This document shows, in pieces, positions 1-9,900 of a stretch of 64,000 nucleotides of DNA. The first letter of the stretch is position 1. Every line of letters begins with the position of its first letter. Origin of the DNA: Bdellovibrionales bacterium (GTDB taxonomy: Bacteria > Bdellovibrionota > Bdellovibrionia > Bdellovibrionales > UBA1609); contig CBDBIB010000003.1 in assembly GCA_965205945.1 (NCBI GenBank), positions 96,001 to 160,000 on the forward strand, given 5' to 3'. The translations under genes were made by a program, and so were the position numbers. The notes under the pieces were generated by a model that was given only the letters and a program-made list of their open reading frames with translations, was not told the DNA's origin and did not search any database.

Positions 1-411
1 TAAAACAGCTGATGAGATATCATGTTTTTTGCCATTTAAAACGATATGTCCATGTGAGATTAGTTGTTTGGCAGCAGGAATACTTGGAGCAAATCCAAGC
101 CTAAAAACAACATTATCTAAACGAAGCTCTAAGCGTCCAGCTAGTTTGTTTACCCAATTTGAAGAAGTGCCACTTTTAGAGTCTCTAATAAAACGTCTAA
201 GTTGTTTTTCACGTAGGCAGTAGTTTTTCATAACTTTTTGTTTTTCTTCTAATTGAAGCCCATAGTTTGAGTATTTTCTTCTTTTTGCCCCGTGCTCACC
301 TGGTGGATAAGGTTTTCTTTCTAAAGCACCGGCTTTGCTTAAGCCAGGTAGTTCGGAACCTAATCTGCGTTGAGTCTTAAAACGTGGCGTAGCTCTTTTT
401 TTTGCAGCCAT
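1..411 (-). CDS. rpsD: 30S ribosomal protein S4, runs off the window start (not in the ORF track)
   Basis: Manual translation: MAAKKRATPRFKTQRRLG..YPPGEHG..YGLQLEEKQK..LELRLDNVVFRLGFAPSIPAAKQLISHGH. GGAAGGA RBS upstream. Confidence 0.95.
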   Translation of the reverse strand, partial: MAAKKRATPRFKTQRRLGSELPGLSKAGALERKPYPPGEHGAKRRKYSNYGLQLEEKQKVMKNYCLREKQLRRFIRDSKSGTSSNWVNKLAGRLELRLDNVVFRLGFAPSIPAAKQLISHGHIVLNGKKHDISSAVL

Positions 412-590
412 TTTGTATCCTTCCATAGGGTCAGTTAAGACCGGAATTAAGTTTTAAAATTCCTGGGAAATTACCAGAAGCGGTGGTTAAACCACTGATA
501 AAGTAAAGGGTCAAGAAAGATAATGGGCACAGAAAAGGTTTTTCTTGTTCTCTAACATACAGCGTGTTAAGTCTTTTTGTTCTTAATTGA

Positions 591-632
591 CTTCTTGCTG
601 GGATATGAGTTCTGGCCAATGACCAAAAGGAG
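591..632 (+). promoter_or_regulatory. Putative S6:S18 ribosomal leader RNA
   Basis: TTCTTGC...GGCCA-ATGACC-AAAAGGAG directly before rpsF resembles the CCR-containing, SD-sequestering S6:S18 leader. Confidence 0.6.
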
Positions 633-639
633 ACCTGAA

Positions 640-1122
640 ATGGCATTAAAGTTTAAGAAATCTCAAGCTATGTGTTTATATGAAAGTATTATTATTATGA
701 ATCCTACGGCTTTAGAAGAAGAACAAAAGGCTTTATTTAAAAAAAATAAAGAAATTATACAAAGCTTTGGAGGATCGGTTTACTCTGTAGAAATTTGGGG
801 AAAACGTCCTCTTGCAAATCATATTAAAAAACATCAGATGGGAACGTACTTTCATAGTTATTTTACTGCAGGACCTGATGTTATTGTTGAACTTGAAAGA
901 ACTATGAAAAACAATGAGAAAGTTTTAAGATACATGCACTCAGGGCTTAATGGAGCTCAATCTATTGAAAAACATGCTGAGAATTTTAAGCAAATCTTAA
1001 AAGAATCTACTGAGAGAGTGCAAGAGGCTGAACTTAGAATGCAGAAAAAAAGAGCCGCACGTACACAAAGAGGATCAAATAAAGGTCGTGAAAGTGGGGG
1101 CAATAGTTATGAGAGACTTTAA
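640..1122 (+). CDS. rpsF: 30S ribosomal protein S6
   Basis: YESIIIMNP..WGKRPLA..ELERTMKNNEKVLRY. AGGAG RBS favours the ATG at 640 over 577. Confidence 0.95.
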   Translation: MALKFKKSQAMCLYESIIIMNPTALEEEQKALFKKNKEIIQSFGGSVYSVEIWGKRPLANHIKKHQMGTYFHSYFTAGPDVIVELERTMKNNEKVLRYMHSGLNGAQSIEKHAENFKQILKESTERVQEAELRMQKKRAARTQRGSNKGRESGGNSYERL

Positions 1123-1136
1123 AAGAGGTATTTGAA

Positions 1137-1598
1137 ATGAAAGTTATATTAAATCAAGATGTTAAAAATTTGGGGAAAATTGGTGAAATGGTTCTTGTTA
1201 AGGCTGGTTATGCTAGGAATTTTCTTTTCCCAAGAAAACTTGCTTGTGAAGCTACAGAAAAACGAATTAAAGAATTTAAACACCTTCAATCAGTAGCACA
1301 AGTTCAACAAGCAAAAGCTATTGAAGGAAGAAAAGAGACACTTTTAAAAATTCAAGGTCAAACAGTTCTGTTTTACGTTGAAGCAAGCTCTGATGAACAA
1401 TTGTTTGGATCTATAGGAGCTCTTGATATTTGTAGAAAACTTGAAGAAATAGGTTTTTTAGTAGATAAAAAAGATATTGTATTAGAAGATGTGATTAAAG
1501 TTTTAGGCCAACACAAAGCTAAAGTGGTATTTGGCAAAGACCTTGAAGCTGAAATTACAATCTCTGTTGGAAGAAAAATTAAAGAAGAAAAGGCCTAA
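1137..1598 (+). CDS. rplI: 50S ribosomal protein L9
   Basis: MKVILNQDVKNLGKIGEMVLVKAGYARNFLFP; LFGSI. Confidence 0.97.
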   Translation: MKVILNQDVKNLGKIGEMVLVKAGYARNFLFPRKLACEATEKRIKEFKHLQSVAQVQQAKAIEGRKETLLKIQGQTVLFYVEASSDEQLFGSIGALDICRKLEEIGFLVDKKDIVLEDVIKVLGQHKAKVVFGKDLEAEITISVGRKIKEEKA

Positions 1599-1699
1599 TA
1601 CTTTAGGATATGTAAAATAAGGAAGGCTTAAAGTTTTTAATAAAACATTTGCTAAAAAACTTTAAATCTTAACTAAAGTTTCATAAGGACCCTTCTTCT

Positions 1700-2138
1700 T
1701 TAGCTTTATCGTCACTAATAAAGACGCTTAAAAAACAATAAACTCTCTGCCGCTAGCTCTGATTTATTCTTACTTAAATCCCAGGCCTTCTTAAACCTTC
1801 TTCTGGCATCCATCATACACCCAAACCTTAGAGCTAAATCTTTTTCAATCTGGTTACAATAAGAATGCTCATCTGCTTATAAAACTCCAGTATAACCCCC
1901 TAAAAGCCTCTCACCCCAGGACTTCTCTTTTTTTCTCCTAAAACTTCAACCCTAGTTTCATCAATTCCTATATAATCTTCATCAAACATTCGCTCTTCTA
2001 AAACATTATAAAGAGGCATCAGTTTTCTAGAAATATTTATCAGCCAACTTGCTATCACTCCTCTTTTTAATGTGATCCCATAAAGTTTATACAGATCTTC
2101 TAGCCTATAAAGTGGAAGATGCTGAAAGTATTTACTAA
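1700..2138 (-). pseudogene. IS66-family transposase (TnpC) fragment
   Basis: KY.QHLPLYR, IDETRVEVL and GCMMDARRRF (compare CWAHARRKF). Contains stops and an internal deletion, and is cut by the IS982 end. Confidence 0.85.
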
Positions 2139-3159
2139 ACCCGAGTTCGGACTTTTCCAAGAATCTAAGTATAAATAAAAGATCACCTTAAGCCTTTTGT
2201 AAGATGTAGTTTTTTTTTAATCTGATCTGAAAAAAGGAGCTGGGAATGATTAAAGAGAACCAAATTATAGAGATTTTTACTCTTGTTGACGATTTTATTT
2301 TAGGACTAAATTACGAGCAGCGCAAACTCACACCCGGCAAAAGGAAGAGGGAGTTTTCCCCCTGCGTTATCTGAATCTAAAGTTATCACAATTTGTTTGT
2401 TATTCCAGTTTTCTGGTTTTAGAAATTTTAAAGCTTTTTATATAGGCTATGTTTTAAAATTTCTAAAACCTTATTTCCCAAAACTCTTGTCCTATAATAG
2501 GTTTGTAGAACTTAAAAAATATTGAGCACCTTAACTCTTTATTTTCCTAAACTCACTCATGGAATCAAATTACAGGAATATCTATTCTAGACTCAAGCCC
2601 CGTGAGTGTTTGTAACAACAAAAGAATCAGTCGCCATAAAACCTTTAAGGGGCTTTGAAAACGTAAAAAATTAACAATGGGCTGGTTCTCTTTAGTTTTA
2701 AAGTTCATATCATTATTTCTCATAAAGAAGAGCTCCTAAACTTCACTATGACCCCAGGAAACGTCCATGATACAAAACCTTTAGAGAATCTTACAGATGG
2801 TTTGTTTGGAAAGCTTTTTGGAGATAAGGGGTATATCTTAAAAGAACCTCTTTAAAAAAAACTTATGGCTAAAGGTGTTTAAGTTAATTACTAATTTAAA
2901 ATCAAATATGAAAAATAAGTTTGTACCACTTTTTGATAAACTTTTACTGAGAAAAAGATATATTGTTAAGACTGTTTTAGGAATTTTAAAGGAAGAGTTT
3001 CACATTGAACACTCTTAACATCAAAGTCTTAAAAAACTTTATAGTGAATCTTTTATCAGCATTAACTGCATATTGTCTGCGTCCTTTTAAACCAGCAATA
3101 CGTGCTTAAACCCATGAAAATAGAGTGTTAAACCAGATTTAAAAAGTCCCAACTCGGGT
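2139..3159 (+). mobile_element. Degenerate IS982-family insertion sequence
   Basis: Terminal inverted repeats ACCCGAGTTCGGACTTTT and AAAAGTCCCAACTCGGGT (1 mismatch); ~1.02 kb. Frameshifted transposase with IF.LVDDF, LSES.VITI, GDKGY and LLLRKR. Confidence 0.88.
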
Positions 3160-3183
3160 TATATAAGAAACAGCTTCTAAAAG

Positions 3184-3325
3184 AACTTAACTCTTGTTAA
3201 TGGCGACTTAACTACACATGTTACTAATATGAGCCATATGCATTGAGTAATGCAGCTTTAACAACCCCCTAACATCTCTGGTTGGAATACTTTTAAAGTT
3301 ATTAATATGGATGGTGTACTTTTAC
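3184..3325 (+). pseudogene. Degenerate relic of a BspA/DUF285 surface-repeat gene, paralogous to 9962-10100
   Basis: AACTTAACTCTTGTTAATGG..ACATGTTACTAATATGAGC..ATGCAGCTTTA aligns with the start of the 75-bp array in the downstream gene, with stops and indels. Confidence 0.85.
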
Positions 3326-3329
3326 AAAA

Positions 3330-3357
3330 CATGCCGATAAGGAGGATTATGTTACTA
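3330..3357 (+). other. dif/Xer-like recombination site (left copy)
   Basis: cATGCCGATAA-ggagga-TTATGTTACTA has 11-6-11 geometry, a XerC-like arm ending ATAA and a XerD-like arm starting TTATGTTA. Confidence 0.65.
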
Positions 3358-3870
3358 CGTCTGCTTTTAACCACATTATATTTAAGTTTGAAAAGCTGAT
3401 TTTAATTATAAAAGTGCTTAGACTGTAAATTTCTTTATAAAATTATTATGTTTCAATAATAATTACGTTTATTATTAACAAGATAAGGACTGCTTTAGAA
3501 TAATTACTCTATAAAAATATTTAATATTTAAAATATTCTTTTTTAATATCGCTTTAGATATTAAATAATCTTTATATTATACATATGCTGTTATTTTAAC
3601 CAGCATCTAAGTTTAAAAGCTTATTAAGATAACAGCATATGTATTATATAAAGATATTTAAATCTAATATTTAAAAAGCGAATATTAAATATTAAGTTTT
3701 TTTTAAAGTATTTATTTGTATAGCAGTCCTTATTATTTAAATAAGAAAATCTTGTTAATTGAAACGTAACTAATTTTGCAACATTTTTATGTTATAAAGA
3801 AATTTACACTTAAGCACCATAGTTAAAATCAGCAGGTCAAACTCAAAAATAATGTGGTTTTAAGCAGAAA

Positions 3871-3898
3871 TAGTAACATAATCCTCCTTATCGGCATC
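3871..3898 (-). other. dif/Xer-like recombination site (right copy, inverted)
   Basis: Reverse complement gATGCCGATAA-ggagga-TTATGTTACTA, 27/28 identical to the left copy. Confidence 0.65.
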
Positions 3899-3973
3899 TC
3901 ATACAAAAGCACAGATTTTAAATGAAAATAAAAATGTAGAATTAGAGCTAAAAAACTATTTAATTCCCTCTAA

Positions 3974-6900
3974 TTGTTAAGCTTTTCATCCGAAATATAC
4001 AATATGTATAGAGTATATGACTTATTAAAAAATTTCATAGAAATAAGTGTGAAAGCTCTAACTTTCTTCACAATTTTACTATTAACTCCCCATTCTCTAG
4101 CCACCCCAAGTTCTTTTGTTTTTCAAGGCCAAATTGTAAAACCCAATGGAGACGCTTTAGAAGAAAATAATGTCAGCTTTCTTGTTCAAGTTTTATCCTC
4201 CATGGATCATTGTCTTCTTTACGAAGAAAGTTTTAATCTTAATATGATAGGATCAAAGGGAGTTTTTAACTTAAACGTTGGGTCTGGAATAAACACAGGA
4301 AATGGAGGCTTAACAAATTTATCTAAAGCTTTAGACAATTCTTTTTTAAACAATAAAAGTCTTAGTTGTGCCTTTGGGTCTTCATACACTCCAACCTTAA
4401 ACGATACAAGAAGGCTTAGAGTAACTTTTGATCATGGCAGCGGCCCTCTTACTTTAACAAATGATCATATAATTCACAGTGTGCCCTATGCTCAGTATGC
4501 CGGCAAACTTGGTGGAAAAGCTGTTAATGATTTTATTCAAGTAAGTCGTGGTGTTACTCAAAGCAATTTAGAGACCGTGTTTGATAATGATGCCAATCAA
4601 AGAGAGCTTATGGCTTTAATTAATGGCAGCTCTAATCAATACTCCCCATTAAGCATCAGTGGAGCTAGCTCTTTACCGAGTTTTTCAAGCTCTCATCCAC
4701 CACCTAATTCTCAGGCAGGAGATATTTGGTATAACTCTACAAATAATCAAATCATGTACTACAATGGATCAGCAGCCACTGTTGTTGGTAAAGGTAGTGG
4801 AACTGTAACCAGTATTACAGCAGGAAGTGGCTTAAGTGGTGGAACCATTACAAACAGTGGTACAATTTTAATTGCACCAGGGGGTGTTTTAAACAGTCAT
4901 CTTGCAAGTGGTATTCATGCAAATAAAATCACAAGTGGAATTCTACCAAGCTCAGTGGTTCCCACAGGAACTGACAATACAAAACTTCCTCTTACAGGAG
5001 GGGTTTTATTAGGTGACCTTAATCTTAATAATAATCAGATTCTAAACACAAGTCATATTATGCAAAACCCAGGAAGTACCATGACCTTAGGTTCTTATAC
5101 GAATTTAGAAGAAGTTAGTCTTTTAGGATCTATGAACATGAGCAATGCTGGGGCTACTTGGTACAATAGTGACTCTGGAGCGCTTAAGTATTGGAATGGT
5201 GTTAGCTTAGAAGTTTTAAGCACCTTAAGTAGTGCATCAAGTGTTTTAGTCAATGCTCCTTTAACCTCTTCAGGTGGTAGCAACCCAACAATAAGCATCA
5301 ACCTTGGTAGGGGTTTATACAACAACAGTGGAAACATAGATTTAGATTTAGATTCTTCTGGGGGTTTAGAGTTTAATATAAATAAATTAAAAGTAAAAGT
5401 AGGAAGTGGTTTAAAAATTACGCCAAGGGGTTTAGAAGCAGATATAGGAAGTGGTTTAGGACAGCTCATGCAAGTGGACACTCTTCCTGTGTGTACTAGT
5501 GGGGAAAAGATTCAACGAAACCCTGGTGCTATAATAAGCTATTCTTGCGTGGCTGATATTGATACAGACACAGACACAAGTCTTTTAGGAAGCCAGGCTC
5601 AAGGGGATCTTACAGGAACCTACCCAAACCCTAGTCTTACACCAACGGGTGTAACCCAAGGGGCGTACCCAAAAGTTAGAGTTGATGTTAAAGGAAGAGT
5701 GGTTGAGGGTTTAAGTTTATTAAAATCTGATATACCAGATTTAAATGGAGAAAAGATCACTTCAGGAACCATTAGCACAGCTAGATTAGATGTTGGCACA
5801 GGGAGCAATCAGCTTATTAAGCTTGATAGCTCTTTAAGACTGCCTGCTGTTGATGGAAGTCGGCTTATAAACTTACCAAGTAGTGCTGATAATATGGGAG
5901 ATAGCGTAGCTCGATTAAATATAAATCTTAACCAAAATTATTTAAGTGGAGACGGTGATAATGAGGGAATTATTATTGATGCTAGTGGAAGGGTTGGAGT
6001 TGGTAAGGCTAGTCCTGAGGCTTTATTAGACGTTGCTGGAACAGCAAGAATAACACAAATTTGTGATGAAAGAGGAGCAAATTGTAAGGATGTGTCTGAA
6101 GGTTGGAGTTTAGCAAGTCTGGCGGCAAACACGGTGACCTACACTCCATTTGGAAACATTCAGGCTACAGATGTAGAAGGTGCACTTAATGAACTTGAAT
6201 CTAGAAAAGCTCCAATAACTAGAACTATTAGAACGGCTTTAAACAGTGGATTAAGTGGAGGTGGAGATTTATCGACTAATAGAAGTTTAAGTGTAGACAT
6301 TAACAAAACTACAGAAAAAACTACGGCTGATTCTTTAGACAGTGTTTTAATATATGATGTTTCTCAAAGTAGTCTTAAAAAAATAACACATTCAAACTTT
6401 TTAAACGGTTATTTAAAAGCTTCTTTAGGAAAAAGTCGAGGCAACGCAATGGATGCTGGTGGGGTGCCTAGTTGTGAAAGCAATGAAAAACTTCAAATGA
6501 GTAATGGCCCTATTTATTCCTGGTCATGTGAAGTTGATCAAAACACAAGTCTTTTAGGAAGCCAGGCTCAAGGGGATCTTACAGGAACCTACCCAAACCC
6601 TAGTCTTATACCAACGGGTGTAACCCCAGGGACGTACTCAAAAGTTAGAGTTGATGTTAAAGGAAGAGTGGTTGAGAGTTTAAGTTTATCAGAAAATGAT
6701 ATACCAGATTTAAATGGAGAAAAAATCACTTCAGGAACCATTAGCACAGCTAGATTAGATGTTGGCACAGGGAGCAATCAGCTTATTAAGCTTGATAGCT
6801 CTTTAAGACTGCCTGCTGTTGATGGAAGTCGGCTTATAAACTTACCAAGCAGTGCTGATAATATGGGAGATGGTATAGCTCGATTAAATATAAGTCTTAA

Positions 6901-9900
6901 CCAAAATTATTTAAGTGGAGACGGTGATAATGAGGGAATTATTATTGATGCTAGTGGAAGGGTTGGGGTTGGTAAGGCTAGTCCTGAGGCTTTATTAGAC
7001 GTTGCTGGAACAGCAAGAATAACACAAATTTGTGATGAAAGAGGAGCAAATTGTAAGGATGTGTCTGAAGGTTGGAGTTTAGCAAGTCTGGCGGCAAACA
7101 CAGTGACCTACACTCCATTTGGAAACATTCAGGCTACAGATGTAGAAGGTGCACTTAATGAACTTGAATCTAGAAAAGCTCCAATAACTAGAACTATTAC
7201 AACGGCTTTAAACAGTGGATTAAGTGGAGGTGGAGATTTATCAACTAATAGAAGTTTAAGTGTAGACATTAACAAAACTACAGAAAAAACTACGGCTGAT
7301 TCTTTAGACAGTGTTTTAATGTATGATGTTTCTCAAAGTAGTCTTAAAAAAATAACACATTCAAACTTTTTAAACGGTTATTTAAAAGCTTCTTTAGGAA
7401 AAAGTCGAGGCAACGCAATGGATGCTGGTGGGGTGCCTAGTTGTGAAAGCAATGAAAAACTTCAAATGAGTAACGGCCCTATTTATTCCTGGTCATGTGA
7501 AGTTGATCAAAACACAAGTCTTTTAGGAAGCCAGGCTCAAGGGGATCTTACAGGAACCTACCCGAACCCTAGTCTTATACCAACGGGTGTAACCCCAGGG
7601 ACGTACCCAAAAGTTAGAGTTGATGTTAAAGGAAGAGTGGTTGAGGGTTTAAGTTTATTAAAATCTGATATACCAGATTTAAATGGAGAAAAGATCACTT
7701 CAGGAACCATTAGCACAGCTAGATTAGATGTTGGCACAGGGAGTAATCAGCTTATTAAGCTTGATAGCTCTTTAAGACTGCCTGCTGTTGATGGAAGTCG
7801 GCTTATAAACTTACCAAGCAGTGCTGATAATATGGGAGATGGTATAGCTCGATTAAATATAAATCTTAACCAAAATTATTTAAGTGGAGACGGTGATAAT
7901 GAGGGAATTATTATTGATGCTAATGGAAGGGTTGGAGTTGGTAAGGCTAGTCCTGAGGCTTTATTAGACGTTGCTGGAACAGCAAGAATAACACAAATTT
8001 GTGATGAAAGAGGAGCAAATTGTAAGGATGTGTCTGAAGGTTGGAGTTTAGCAAGTCTGGCGGCAAACACGGTGACCTACACTCCATTTGGAAACATTCA
8101 GGCTACAGATGTAGAAGGTGCACTTAATGAACTTGAATCTAGAAAAGCTCCAATAACTAGAACTATTAGAACGGCTTTAAACAGTGGATTAAGTGGAGGC
8201 GGAGATTTATCAACTAATAGAAGTTTAAGTGTAGACATTAACAAAACTACAGAAAAAACTACGGCTGATTCTTTAGACAGTGTTTTAATGTATGATGTTT
8301 CTCAAAGTGGTCTTAAAAAAATAACACATTCAAACTTTTTAAACGGTTATTTAAAAGCTTCTTTAGGCACAAGTCGAGGCAACGCAATGGATGCTGGTGG
8401 GGTGCCTAATTGTGAAAGCAATGAAAAACTTCAAATGAGTGAAGGTCCTATTTATTTATGGTCATGTGTGACAGACACAAGTCTTTTAGGAAGCCAGGCT
8501 CAAGGGGATCTTACAGGAACCTACCCGAACCCTAGTCTTATACCAACGGGTGTAACCCAAGGGACGTACCCAAAAGTTAGAGTTGATGTTAAAGGAAGAG
8601 TGGTTGAGGGTTTAAGTTTATTAAAATCTGATATACCAGATTTAAATGGAGAAAAGATCACTTCAGGAACCATTAGCACAGCTAGATTAGATGTTGGCAC
8701 AGGGAGCAATCAGCTTATTAAGCTTGATAGCTCTTTAAGACTGCCTGCTGTTGATGGAAGTCGGCTTATAAACTTACCAAGCAGTGCTGATAATATGGGA
8801 GATGGCAGGGCTCGATTAAATATAAATCTTAACCAAAATTATTTAAGTGGAGACGGCGATGATGAAGGAATCACTATTAACAATAATGGTGATGTTTCTG
8901 TCTCTGGAAGCATTTCTACTCCAGGATCTATTAGTACATCTACTGTTACATTTTTAAAAAAAGTTGGAACAGTTACAACCCCTTGTGACAGTTTAACTGA
9001 GGGTACTTTAAGGTATAATTCTTTAGGAAAAAAACTGGAGTTTTGCGATGGGGTAGTGTGGAAAACTTTTTTAAGTAACAATGATCCAACAATTTCTATT
9101 ACAAACTCTTTAAGTGGATCTTACATTAATTCTATTAATGAGGGGGGTTTTAGGGTTTTAGGAACATGTTCTGAAGATGGTGAGCTTATCACATTTTCAC
9201 ATGGTACAAGCTTTATTACTTGTTCTAATAAAAGCTTTAGTGGTGATATTGATTTTTCAAGCCTAAGTGATGGTCCACTTTCACTAACTGCTAGTATCAC
9301 AAACATTGCTGGAAATTCTAAAACTTCAGGTGTTTTAAATCTAATAAAAGATACTAAACCCCCTATTGTCAGTATTGGAAGCCATATAATAAGCAGTTCA
9401 AATTCTATAGACTTTCCCATAACTGTAAGCCAAGACTTTAGTAGTATAAACCTAGAAAAGAGCAATGTCAGCCTTACTGGAGCTACTACAGGTTGCACAG
9501 TTTTAGTAACAAATGGAACAACTATTAATCCAAGTATTAGGATTTCAGACTGCAGTGATGAAACCGGAAATATTCAAATTACAATCGCCTCTGGTGTTGC
9601 ACAAGATGCAGCCGGAAACCTGTCTGATGTAGTTAGTTTAAGCACTGAAATACAAAATTTAGGAACCCCTTTTACAGCTAAATTTAGTATTTATGGTAGT
9701 GATTTAAATTTAAATCTTAGGTTAAATTCTTCTTATACATATAACTTTATGGTTCATTGGGGGGATGGAACCTCGGGAGTTGTTACTTCATCAAGTGATT
9801 TAGATAAAAATCATACTTATTCATCTTCAGGGACTTATATAGTTAAAATCACTGGGCGCTGCCCATATCTTAACTTTCGTGATAGCGAGCAAATAATTGA

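Larger units (their letters stand above)
3315..3913. repeat. Long imperfect inverted repeat (arms ~290 bp, centre ~3612)
   Basis: The arms align along their whole length, e.g. 3331-3357 with 3871-3897 (perfect), TGTAAATTTCTTTATAA with TTATAAAGAAATTTACA, and ATACATATGCTGTTAT with ATAACAGCATATGTAT. Confidence 0.95.

Noticed and set aside
29..646. ORFs 29-223 (+) and 431-646 (-)
   Set aside because: Shadow ORFs of rpsD and the rpsD/rpsF regulatory region.
3184..3325. DGR template repeat for the BspA array
   Set aside because: Differences from the gene are not adenine-specific and include indels; no RT is nearby.
3330..3357. Chromosomal terminus dif, or a FliA promoter (GCCGATAA)
   Set aside because: Gene orientation does not switch here and the site occurs as an inverted pair. 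There is no TAAA at the proper -35 spacing in either copy.
3588..3603. LexA box CTGT-N8-CCAG near the hairpin centre
   Set aside because: The E. coli-type SOS box is not known to apply to this lineage, and the match is easily produced by chance.
3315..3913. MITE or hairpin telomere
   Set aside because: No target duplication, self-complementarity extends throughout, the centre is imperfect, and no protelomerase is present.
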